The notes beneath the pieces were generated by a model. That model had not been told where the DNA came from. It did no database searches and worked only from the letters and a program-made list of their open reading frames with translations. From Octopus vulgaris (Eukaryota), in assembly GCA_951406725.2 (NCBI GenBank), contig OX597822.1, positions 37,634,001 through 37,698,000 on the forward strand: a DNA stretch of 64,000 nt, read 5' to 3'. A program made the translations under genes and the position numbers. Position 1 is the stretch's first letter. Each line of letters starts with the position of its first letter. Of the stretch, positions 1 to 11,073 are shown piece by piece.

Positions 1-362
1 GTGATTGACTATCTCCTTCCCCACAAATTCCAAGCCTTGTGCCTAGAGTAGAAAGGATTATTGTTATTATTATTATTATTATTATTATTAAAGTGGTGAG
101 CTGATAGAATTATTGCCACACTGGGCAAAGCACTTAGTGGCATTTCTCCCATCTTCATATTCTGAGTTCAAATTTCACCAAGGTCGACTTTGTCATTCGT
201 CCTTCTGTGGTTGATACAATAAGTGCCAGTCAAGAACTGGGGTCAATGTAAAAGACTAGTCCATCCCTCAAAATTTCAGGCCTTGTGCCTATAGTAGGAA
301 AGATCATCATCATCAAAAAGCAGGTTAGTTGTACAAATATTAGGTAAAAATTTAATATTTAC

Positions 363-560
363 CAGTGCTTTCATTGAGATCACAGTATTCGAGACCTGGT
401 ACAAGATTGAGGAGACGTGTGAGGTAAGATTGGCTGAGACCAAGGGCCACAGTTAGATGAAGGCGTTGGTAGTTATTGTGTGGGTAGTTCTGGATAGGAT
501 CTAATGGCCCCATACCAGAAGAAGAACATCCTCCCATGTTGCCACCAACTCCACTGGCAT
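363..560 (-). CDS. RBM45: RBM45 coding exon 7 (start of pseudo-RRM/HOA region); gene continues beyond the left edge
   Basis: ttttttcag acceptor, gtaaat donor, 198 nt, phase 1 to 1; ...QRLHLTVALGLSQSYLTRLLNLVPGLEYCDLNEST matches RBM45 FDIVPGLEYCE. Confidence 0.9.
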
Positions 561-722
561 CTGAAAAAATAAGCAAACAACAATCATCATCATCATCATC
601 GTACATCTGTTTTCTATGCTGGCATGGATTGGACAATTTGATAAGAGCTGGCAAACCAGAGGACTGTGACAAGCTCCATTGTCTGTTTTAGCACAGTCCT
701 CTGGTTTGAAAAATAATTTCTC

Positions 723-1225
723 TTAACCCTTTAGCATTCAGATTATTCGGTCAAATATATCATCGTCATTGTTTAATGTCCACTTTCCATGCTGGCATGG
801 GTTGGATGGTTTGACCGAGGACTGGCAAGCCAGGTGGTTGCACCAGGCTTCAATCTGATCTGGCAAGATTTCTACAGCTGGATGCCCTTCCTAATGCCAA
901 CCACTCTAAGTGTGGTGGGTGCTTTTTATGTGTCGCTGGCATAGGGGCCAGTCAGGCAGCACTGGCATCAAAAACACTCGAATGGTGCTTTTTACATGCC
1001 ACTCACGGGAGCCAGTCAGGCGGTACTGGCATCAACCATGCTCGAATGGTGCTTTTTACATGTCACTGGCACAGGAGCCATGCTTATATATTTACGTTAT
1101 TTTGAATTAATTATGCATTATCTTGTAGCTCTCAGATATCAATGATGTGACTGTTTATTGTTGGGTAGGAGTGAGAGGCCGGATCTGGCCAGTTTGACCG
1201 GTTGATTTAAATACAAAAGGGTTAA
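723..1225. mobile_element. piggyBac-like TTAA MITE with a nested RTE-tail repeat (~760-1080)
   Basis: TTAA|CCCTTTAGCATT...AAAAGGG|TTAA ends; related copies at about 32005, 46649, 49345, 50020 and 59750. Confidence 0.65.
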
Positions 1226-1332
1226 TGCTCACAGATTAGGGTACATTGCAGAAAAACTGCGATAAGAAAACAAATATTTGTGTAATACTACTGAATGAAT
1301 AAAAGAGTTTTTATCAGAAAGTAGCTGCTTAC

Positions 1333-1455
1333 TTGGATATGGAGGCATAGCTTCAGGAATTGCTGGCCCATAGCCACCTGCTCCACTGTACATATCATAA
1401 CCTCGGTAACCAAAATCTTCACGGCCACCCATCTCGGTGAAACAGCGTTTAACAC
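1333..1455 (-). CDS. RBM45: RBM45 coding exon 6 (G/Y-rich linker)
   Basis: ttttgcag acceptor, gtaagc donor, 123 nt, phase 1 to 1; (G)VKRCFTEMGGREDFGYRGYDMYSGAGGYGPAIPEAMPPYP; keeps frame between exons 5 and 7. Confidence 0.82.
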
Positions 1456-2905
1456 CTGCAAAATAACCAATTTGATAGCAGAAGTTTCAGAATAAATGAA
1501 CAACTAAAAGTACTTTTCACAAATACAAATGAATCCATCTTACATCTCCCATTATCTTGCATTATCATACACTGGCACTGATAAAGTACTGACAGTTCCA
1601 ACACCATGCTGGTACAATATACTAGTGCTAATACTCCACTGGCAAGCCTGAAGTGATAATGAGTCACTGATAAAATACCAAATTCACTGATGTTGCCCTG
1701 GGATTATATACTTTTGTTTTTTCAATCTGCCACACACAAATACATTTTCCTATTAATAACAACAAAACTAAAATTGATGTTAGCAATGCAATACCAGTAT
1801 ATAAAATATATTCTTAAATGTAAAAAACAAATTGCCACACTTCTAAAGCAATGATATGGATGGAATATCGAGTGTATGAGTGTCTGATGAAACATATTAA
1901 TGGTGGTGTCCCAGCATGACCACAGCTTCAAAGCTGAAACAAGCTAAAGAGTTATATTAAATTTGTGTACATTGTTTACATAATTTGGACTGGTGTCCTC
2001 ATCTTTTTGTTGTTTTCACTGTTTCAGCTGTTGGATGCACCAGCCTTCTTCAGGTGTCTTGTGATTCACCTAAGTGCCATGCCTGGGATTGAACTCAGAA
2101 CTGCTTGGTGACTGCACTGCATTAACCAGCACCAAAAAGTAGGGACATGTCTTATGCAAGAGTGTATTATATGCAGCAGCAAATACAGTATATTATTCAC
2201 TGGGTCAGTTCACCCTCATGCATCCATTCCACTGTTCCCTCACCACAAGTTTCTCAGTTACATCATGAATTCATTAATTCTACCATGTACTGCAAATGAA
2301 CACTGTTTCAAACACAACAATTTTCCCTCAACATCACCAAACCAGTAAACAGTGGAAATAGCTGAGACGTTAGTGAGTCAGGTAGTTTTTTTATTACCTC
2401 CACCTCAATGAAGGCAGAGGTATTGTTTGCAGTTGTGTTTATTTTTTGTTTGTCTGTGGAAAAGATATCTCAAGAACTGCTGGAAGGATTCAGATGAAAC
2501 ATTCAGGGATGTTTGGCTTGGTGACTGGCATGAGCTGATTAGATTTTAGAATCAATCTGGTACTAGACAAGGATTCTGGATTATTTTTCCAGTTTTTTAA
2601 ATTTAATTTTTGAGAGCAGTCAGGTTCATTTTTAGTGTTCTCGTTTGTGAGAGCAGTTGAGTTTATTACAGATATTCTCATTTTAAAAATCATCTCCAGC
2701 TAATTGTTGAGAGGATGTTGGTGTTGCTTTGGTAGAGGTTAGCACTCTCTGAGTGCTCTTGTTTAGGTTATATTTACATAGATACCACCATAAAAATAAT
2801 AGACTTCTATTACCACTACTATCACCCACTATTCAAAAATTACTACAACACACTCTTGATTGGTGTAATGCAGAGTACTAATAATCAAAGAGAGATACAA
2901 CATAC

Positions 2906-3043
2906 CTCGGTCCATATAGTCGTAGTAGTCACCACTTCCACCTCCTCCTCCTCCTCCTCCTCCTCCACCACCGCCACCACCATTGTGATCATATTCTCTT
3001 TCATGGCGTGGGATTTTAGGTTCGGCAAACCGTGGCTTGAAAA
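2906..3043 (-). CDS. RBM45: RBM45 coding exon 5 (RRM2 end and poly-Gly tract)
   Basis: aag acceptor, gtatgt donor, 138 nt, phase 1 to 1; (V)FKPRFAEPKIPRHEREYDHN-G15-SGDYYDYMDR; FAEPK matches the RBM45 FRAILAEPK motif. Confidence 0.88.
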
Positions 3044-3671
3044 CTTTTGAATAAAAAGAAACAAAAACAATATGTAAAACATAAGGGTTTTTTTTTTTTT
3101 AATCTTTCAATTTTAACCTGGGTATGAGATACAGAACAAAGAGTGGCTGCCATGAAGGCTGCAGTGTGACTGACATGCAAGCCACCATGGGACCCAACAT
3201 AGGCTGGTGTGTGATTGACATACAGACCACTGTGTACCCAACATGCCACTTACACATAAATTACATACAATATATTTCTACACTCTCGCATATGAATATA
3301 ACTAAATATTCCTATTAGCAAATGAAACATGTGTAATGGTGAATAATAAATAATACAAAAAAATTTTCCAGATTCCTCTGCTAACAATATTTCCAGAATG
3401 TTCAACTCTGGCATCAACCACATTTGGATGGTGCTTTTTATGTGTCACTGGCATGGGGAGCCAGTCAAGCGGATCTGGCAGCAACCCATGCATGAATGGT
3501 GCTTATTGCATGCCACGAGCACTGGTAACAGGCACAACTACAATTTCCATTTGATTGTAATTTGATGTCGCCCAACAATTCAAAGGTATTTTTTAAATGG
3601 GTTAGTTATGCGACACTGGTGTAGGCTATGGCAGTGATCTCACTTTCCTTTTATATATATATATATATATA

Positions 3672-4078
3672 GGCGTAGGAGTGGCTGTGTGGTAAGTAGC
3701 TTGCTAACCAACCACATGGTTCCGGGTTTAGTCCCGCTGCGTGGCACCTTAGGCAAATGTCTTCTACTATAGCCTCGGGCCAACCAAAGCCTTGTGAGTG
3801 GATTTGGTAGACGGAAACTGAAAGAAGCCCGTCGTATATATGTATTTGTATATATATGTATGTATGTGTATATGTTTGTGTGTCTGTGTTTGTCTCCCCA
3901 ACATCGCTTGACAACCGATGCTGGTGTGTTTACGTCCCCGCAACTTAGTGGTTCGGCAAAAGAGACCGATAGAATAATTACTAGGCTTACAAAGAATAAG
4001 TCCTGGGGTCGATTTGCTCAACTAAAGGTGGTGCTCCAGCATGGCCGCAGTCAAATGACTGAAACAAGTAAAAGAGTA
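3672..4078 (+). mobile_element. tRNA-derived SINE, family A (other copies at about 20700-21445, 25295, 31372-31760, 38945-39595, 56085-56450)
   Basis: A-box TGGCTGTGTGG, B-box-like GGTTTAGTCCC, central GGCAAATGTCTTCTACTATAGCC, internal (TA/TG)n, many dispersed copies. Confidence 0.8.
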
Positions 4079-4080
4079 TG

Positions 4081-4118
<38 letters not shown>

Positions 4119-5900
4119 TACACAAACGTACATGTATAACAAAACAGGAATCTGGAAAACTTTTTGGTATTATTTATTCCCCATTACGAATGCTTCATTT
4201 GCTAATAAGAATGACAACATTGTATGTATTGGACAAACCAGTAAAAAATTTCTGATTAGAAATCTTTCAGACAGAGAATCAAATAATATTATTGGTATCG
4301 TATTATTTGATTCTCTGTCTGAAGAATATATAGAAGGAGACTTCTTACATGTTTATCCAACATGTACAATTTTGTGATTCCTATTAGCAAATGAAACAGT
4401 GTAATGGTGAATTAATAATACCAAAAAATTTACCAGATTCCTCTGCTAACAATATTTCCAGAATGTATGTACCTCACATCAACACAACGACAACAACTAC
4501 CATTACAAAAATTTTTTTGAGCGCATTCAGCCTATCTCAGTTCCAAAGATTTGGCTGCTATTTCTAGCATGCCCTGCTACCACGTAACAGCTATTTGCGA
4601 TATAGGACCCGAAATACCTGTCACGTGGTAGCAGGTTGTGCAAGAAATAGTAGCCAAATCTTTCCTTTTCCAGGGAAAGGAGCTGTTTACGTGTGATTTT
4701 GATGTCACATTCGCTGAAAGCATGCGAAATAACCTGGAAAAGGCAAAAAACAAACCATCAAACAAAACTCCATTGCTGGGAAACTCAGACTTTCCAGGTG
4801 ACCCAATGGGTCACGGGTAGTCTAGTAGGTACCTCACATCAATACAACAACAATTAAATACTGGATTGTACTACTGGAATAAGTAGATGTGCCTCACACA
4901 CTGATATACATACTTGTACATAAGTCTTCTAATCCGAAACAAAGCAATACAAAGTAGGTTATATGCTGTGTGTTTGTGAGAGTGAGGGAGGAGGAGAGAC
5001 AGTAAGTATATGTGCATGTTTGACCTGAATAAGCCATATCTTATCACAACACGATTAGAAACACAGCTAGACTATCCATCGTATCAATGGTGCCAGACAC
5101 AGGGCACTGCTAGATGAGTTGCTCTCCACCCTCACCCCACCAAACACCATCAGCGATGGTATGTGCACAACATACCTGAGAAGTTAAGAAGTTTGTTTGC
5201 AATAATGTGAAGTGAAGTTTGACCTTATTGCAGAGTACTTTAGATATATATGTCTTCTACTATAGCCTCAGCTTTATTTGAAGTCTTCCAAATGAAATTT
5301 AACAGGAGACCCCATGGAAGCTCGTCAGAGGGGTTGTTAGTGTTCTGGGGTGGGAGACTTGATTTGTTGTCCGGTTTAAAACCATTAAAGTCAATGAATG
5401 CTTTTAGAAGAATCTACTCCGTTGGGACAATATTAACTCATTTGGAAACAGGTGAACATTAGGGAGAGGAGGGAAGTCTAGTTGTAGGAAAACCCACTTC
5501 AAAAGATTCTGCCTGACCCATGCGAGCATAGCAAAGGGGATGTTAAAACAATTAAGGATATTCTAACCTCATAAGAAATACTCTGAGCAACTGCATGAAC
5601 AGATCCCAATAAAGCATACTTAGAATTAGAAAATCAACCAGCCCCCATAATACCAATTCTAGAGATACATAAAATCATCATCATCTTTATGTTGAAAGGG
5701 ATGACTAAAAGGGATGGCAACAAAACAAGCATCCAAGCTATGTTATCGTAGAAAAGAGGACAGAAAATGACGACGAAGTGAAATACTTACAAATGCATTC
5801 TGTGAACCCCACTGTCTAAGGTTCACTTCCTTCAGATTCATAGGCCATACCTTGCTCTTCCATTCATTAATTAAAAAAAGGAGTTAATTATGACACTTAC

Positions 5901-6027
5901 CTGGGTCACATGATTCATAGGCCAGTGCAGCATGGTAAGGTCGGTAATATTTCACATAACCGAATCCTTTTGATTCACCAGACTTCCGATCTTTTAGCAC
6001 AGTCACGGACTCAATGTCTCCAAATTT
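5901..6027 (-). CDS. RBM45: RBM45 coding exon 4 (RRM2)
   Basis: tttgcag acceptor, gtaagt donor, 127 nt, phase 0 to 1; KFGDIESVTVLKDRKSGESKGFGYVKYYRPYHAALAYESCDP contains RNP1 KGFGYVKY. Confidence 0.93.
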
Positions 6028-6308
6028 CTGCAAATAAACAAATAGATAGAGGTTATAAATTTAAGGTGATAAACCACTGGTTTCTACATGGTCAGGAGTT
6101 CAAATCTTACTAACACTACTATCCAATGTTTTACAGCCCTGAATACAAAACATTCGCTCTGGCTTGTTCTCACTAATGATTGTATTTGTTTTTAATTTCA
6201 GGTAAACAGGTTCCACCCCAACAAATAAATCATTTTATCTATACAAGTTTGGAAAGTAGGATGTAAAATGCCCCTACAGACAGACAGACACACACACACA
6301 CATATATA

Positions 6309-7460
6309 CAGGGGTTGGACAAAATAACGGAAACACCGAGGATCATAGCATCATAATTTTGAAATATCTATAAAACTGTCAAAAGCTTGTTTATTTTTAT
6401 ATTTTTTGATTTATTATTAGTGTAGCTTAATATGTTTTGCTAAAATTGCTATTTCTTTTCATATATCATCAGAAAAAGGTAATTAAAATTCATTAAAATG
6501 ACAGATCTATCAGACTTTCAAAGAGGTCAAATTGTTCGTATGGCAGGCACTAGCGTAATGGAAACAACTGAAATGTTTGGTGTATCAAGAAGTACTGTCT
6601 CAAAAGTAATTACAGCTTTTGAGAAAGAGGGAAAAACCTCCTCATTGAAACAAAACTCTGGAAGAAAACCAAAACTTTCAGACAGGGACCATCAGACTCT
6701 TATGCAAATTGTTAGAAAGGATCACAAAAGTACAGCTCTCAAAATAACTGCAGAGCTTAATGACCACCTCAAGAACCCAGTTTCCACAAAAACTGTTCAC
6801 CGAGAGCTGCACAAAGCTGGATTTCACAGAAGGGCTGCAATCAGAAAACCACTACTTTCAAAAACAAACGTTGCAAAGCGTTTAGAGTGGAGTAAAAACC
6901 TACAAAATTGGTCCCTGGTGGAAGAATGTTATTTTCTCGGATGAGTCATCCTTTATCTTATTTCTGACCACTGGCCGAGTATACGAGTAGAGACAACCAA
7001 AAGAAGCATTTGACCCAGGCTGCCTTCTTCCAACTGTGATGATCTGGGAGTGGGGGGCTGTATTTTGGAAATCCACCAGCCCAATGGTTTCCCTTCATGG
7101 CAGAATTAATAGTCAAGACTATTTAAGCATTTTATCTGATCAAATTCATCCTAAGGTTGCGGAACTGTTTCCGGAGGGAAATGCAATCTTTCAGGATGTT
7201 AATGCACCATTTCACACAGCTAAAGTTGTTACTGAATGGCACGAAGAACTTTCTAGTGAAGTTGAACATCTTATTTGGCCACCACAGTCTCCAGATCTCA
7301 ATGTTATTGAATAATGATGGTACATTTGAGAAAAGCAAGTAAGGAGTCGATATCCCCCACCATCATCACTACAAGAACTGGAGACTGTTTTAGCTGAAGA
7401 ATGGACAAAAATTCCTTTGGAAACAATTCAAACTTTGTATGAGTCCATACCTCATAGAAT
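6309..7460 (+). mobile_element. Tc1-family transposon with disrupted transposase, right end missing
   Basis: TA|CAGGGG left end; ORF 6498-6944 with paired HTH and GRKPKL; FSDES at about 6934, FQDVNAP and WPPQSPDLNVIE motifs; frameshifts and stops. Confidence 0.9.
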
Positions 7461-7682
7461 TTGATTGAAGAGAAGTTACCTGATGGCAATTAGCATTAAC
7501 CAAGCTGGATAAAGAAAAATAGATATTTATATATAAAATCTAAGCTAGGTATACATAAACCAACTTGGTAAAGGGAAATAGGTTGATAGAGAAAGAGAGG
7601 AGAGAAAGAGGGAGATGTAGTGACATAGAGATGTGGTTGATGACAGAGAGAGAATTTAAAAGAGAACAGAAATATTGACTAC

Positions 7683-7808
7683 CTCGAATTCTGTACGAAC
7701 ATCCTCTTCAGAATATGTCTTCGGAACTATGACAAACAACCGAACAAGTTTTTCCTCTTCTCGAGGATCTCGTATAGAACCATCCTGTTTCGTACTTGCA
7801 ACTAACAC
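7683..7808 (-). CDS. RBM45: RBM45 coding exon 3 (linker and RRM2 start)
   Basis: tttgtag acceptor, gtagtc donor, 126 nt, phase 0 to 0; VLVASTKQDGSIRDPREEEKLVRLFVIVPKTYSEEDVRTEFE matches RIFVMIPKSYTEEDLREKF. Confidence 0.92.
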
Positions 7809-8799
7809 CTACAAAATAAAAAGATTAGTTAACACACACAAAGAAAAAGTAAGTGCAGAATGATTGCCTTTAATGTAATTACTCAAATATAGATCCACAC
7901 CCCACACCCTGTTTTCATTACACAGCCTCAATACATATTTACTGCAGCCATTATACATCTTCACTATATACACTTCCTCCATTATATATCATCATCAACA
8001 TCATTTTAACATCCACCTTCCTATGTTTTGCATGAGCCAGGAGTTTATTGAGGCAGTTATTTTATGTCTGAATGCCCTTCCTGTTGCCGACCCTCACCTG
8101 TTTCCAAGCAAGGTAATATTTTTCCATGACCAGACATGTTTTTGCAGAATATTGGACCTGAATGACACTGCTTGTACGACAGTGATATTCATTTCACAAC
8201 TATCAAGCAATATCAAAACAAGGAGATACCAACACACATGCCCTCACACACACACACACATGCATATATATGATGAGCTTCTTTCAGTTTCTGTCAACCA
8301 ATTCCACTCACAGGATTTTGATTGGCCAGGGTTTCAGTAGAAGGGCATTAGGAAGGGCATCCTGCCGTAGAAACACTGCCAGATCTGACTAGGCCTGATG
8401 AAGCCTTCCGGCTTCACAGACCCCAGTTGAACCGTCCAACCCATGCTAGCATGGAAAACGGACGCTAAACGATGATGATGATGATGATGACACTTGCCCA
8501 AGTTGCAATGCAACGAGTCTGAACTGAGAATCATGTGGTTGGGAAGCAATCTTCTTACTATACAGCCATGCCTGTGCCTATTCTCTCCATATTATACATA
8601 CCATCATCATCATCATCGTTTAACATCTGTTTTCCATGCTGGTATAGGTTGGATGGTTTGACTGAGGAATGGCAAACCAGTAGGCTGCACCAGGCTCCAA
8701 TCTGATCTGGCAATGTTTCTATAGCTGGATGCCCTTCCTAACGCCAACCACTCCAAGAGTGTGGTGAGTGCTTTTTACGTGCCATTGGCACAGGAGCCA

Positions 8800-8842
<43 letters not shown>

Positions 8843-8864
8843 CACACACGCACACACACATCAT

Positions 8865-8983
8865 CATCATCATCGTTTAACGTCCGTTTTCCGCGCTAGC
8901 ACGGGTTGGACGGTTTCGACCGGGGTCTGGGGAGCTCGGGACTGCCCCAGGCTCCAGTCTAGTCTGGCAGTGTTTCTACAGCT

Positions 8984-9034
<51 letters not shown>

Positions 9035-9563
9035 CACCATCCGTTCGTGTTCGTTGCCAGCCTCGGCTGGCCCCCGTGCAGGTGACACGTAAAAGCACCG
9101 TCCGTTCGTGGCCGTTTGCCAGCTCTGTCTGGCCCCGTGTCGGTGGCACGTAAAAGCACCATCCGTTCGTGTTCGTAGCCAGCCTCGGCTGGCCCCTGTG
9201 CAGGTGACACGTAAAAGCACCGTCCGTTCGTGGCCGTTTGCCAGCTCTGTCTGGCCCCGTGTTGGTGGCACGTAAAAGCACCATCCGTTCGTGTCCGTTG
9301 CCAGCATTGCCTGGCCCCGTGCCGGTGACACGTAAAAACACCATCCGTTCGTGGCCGTTCGCCAGCTCTGTCTGGCACCTGTGCAGGTGGCACGTAAAAA
9401 ACACCCACTACACTCGCGGAGTGGTTGGCGTTAGGAAGGGCATCCAGCCGTAGAAACACTGCCAAATCTGACTGGGCCTGATGAAGCCTTCCGGCTTCAC
9501 AGACCCCAGTTAAACCGTCCAACCCATGCTAGCATGGAAAACGGACGCTAAATGATGATGATG
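8865..9563. repeat. Inverted pair of RTE-3'-tail repeats separated by (TA)n and about six 60-bp tandem units
   Basis: CAT-tail copy 8865-8985, (TA)n, alternating A/B 60-61-bp units 9033-9400, opposite-orientation copy ending in (GAT)n at about 9563. Confidence 0.8.
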
Positions 9564-10109
9564 ATATATATATGAGATGTATGGCTGTGTTGTTAAGAAG
9601 TTTGTTTCCCAACCACATGGTTCCAGCTTCAGACCCACTGCATTGCAGCTTGGGCAAGTGTCTTCTACTATAACCTTGGATGACCAAAATCTTGTCTGAG
9701 TGGATTTGGTAGATGGAAAAACAAAAAAAGCTTGTCACACATACGTGTGTGTGTGTGTGTAAAGGCACATGGCTTAGTGGTTAGGGTGTTGGACTCATGA
9801 TCATAAGATTGTGGTTTCAATTCCTGGACCGGGTGATGCATTGTGTTCTTGAGCAAAAAACCTCATTTTCCGTTGTTCCAGTCTACTTAGCTGGTAAAAA
9901 GGTGTAACCCTGTGATGGACCTTAACTATAATTATATCTTTATAATTATATACATGAAAAAATTTAATGTTATCTATATGGTCATTCTTAAGTGCTGGAT
10001 ATATATATAATATTAATTAGAGACAAAACCACTATTATGCAAATCAAACAAAGAAAGACTTAATCCAATACATAAAAAATTTTATATAAATTAAATATAA
10101 TTAAGATAT

Positions 10110-10155
10110 CCACTACGATCGTTTCTTGTCACTTCTATGGACATTCATCAGGTGG
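10110..10155 (-). ncRNA. Minimal type I hammerhead ribozyme motif, sense to RBM45 pre-mRNA
   Basis: CCAC-CUGAUGA-AUGUC(CAUAGAAGU)GACAA-GAAAC-GAUC-GUA-GUGG: intact core, 4-bp stem I, palindromic CGAUCG stem III, GUA triplet. Confidence 0.72.
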
Positions 10156-10277
10156 TTTCAAGACCTTCTATGCAATTTTGAACTATGAAGTTCAAAATTG
10201 CATAGAAAGTCTTGAAACCACCTGATGAATGTCCATTTTGAACTATGAAGTTCAAAATTGCATAGAAGGTCTTGAAA

Positions 10278-10323
10278 CCACCTGATGAATGTCCATAGAA
10301 GTGACAAGAAACGATTGTAGTGG
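10278..10323 (+). ncRNA. Second copy of the hammerhead motif on the opposite strand
   Basis: Same as 10110-10155 except GAUU instead of GAUC in stem III. Confidence 0.68.
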
Positions 10324-10506
10324 ATATCTTAATTATATTTAATTTATATAAAATTTTTTATGTATTGGATTAAGTCTTTCTTTGTTTGATTTGCATAATA
10401 GTGGTTTTGTCTCTAATTAATATTATATTATATTTTACTATAAAATTGGATTCAATCCTAAATCTGATTTTTCCCTGTAAATTTGGATTTATTCCCTAAT
10501 ATTTAT

Positions 10507-10543
<37 letters not shown>

Positions 10544-10577
10544 CTGTAGGTACGTACATATATATGTATGTATGTGC

Positions 10578-10608
<31 letters not shown>

Positions 10609-10688
10609 ACTCAGTATAAAAACACATATATATATATATGTATGTATGTGTGTATATATATGTATGTGTATATATATATATATATATG

Positions 10689-10747
<59 letters not shown>

Positions 10748-10975
10748 TTTTATATTGAGTTATAATAAAAACCACGTAACATTAAACTGAAGAATTATTT
10801 AATAGTTTTTTGTAGGGTACATATTTATACTTTTTCAAAAAGAAGGATAACAAACACTTCAAAGTCTTGGTCATGAGGCTACACAACAACAAGCTAGAAA
10901 AATAAAGCGCGAGTTGGGTAATATAAGGGAGAGAGGGGAGGGAGCACAAGACAGAAGTGTGGTTAATTCACTGAC

Positions 10976-11073
10976 CTTGAGGAGTTTGGGATGACCAGGG
11001 ATACATTTGCCATTCATCTCTTCCATTGCTAGGAAAGCAGCAGATGTCTTGTTAAACTTGATGTAGACAACAC
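10976..11073 (-). CDS. RBM45: RBM45 coding exon 2 (RRM1 C-half)
   Basis: tttcag acceptor, gtcagt donor, 98 nt, phase 1 to 0; (G)VVYIKFNKTSAAFLAMEEMNGKCIPGHPKLLK matches GIAFVKF...AMEEMHGQC...KPIK. Confidence 0.92.

Larger units (their letters stand above)
10004..10510. mobile_element. Inverted pair of Penelope-like terminal repeats (long palindrome)
   Basis: Near-perfect ~180-bp arms across 10004-10427 with a 60-bp internal tandem duplication (10176-10235/10236-10295) and a hammerhead in each arm. Confidence 0.7.

Noticed and set aside
5786-5860. Minus-strand GTAAGT donor and a 13-bp echo of exon 4 (TGGCCTATGAATC) suggesting an alternative exon
   Set aside because: There is no convincing polypyrimidine acceptor, and the short match could be chance.
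9033-9400. Regular ~60-bp repeats resembling a CRISPR array; long overlapping ORFs 8870-9522
   Set aside because: The units are fully repeated with no unique spacers, there are no cas genes, the context is eukaryotic, and the same units form the RTE 3'UTR at 45680-45965.
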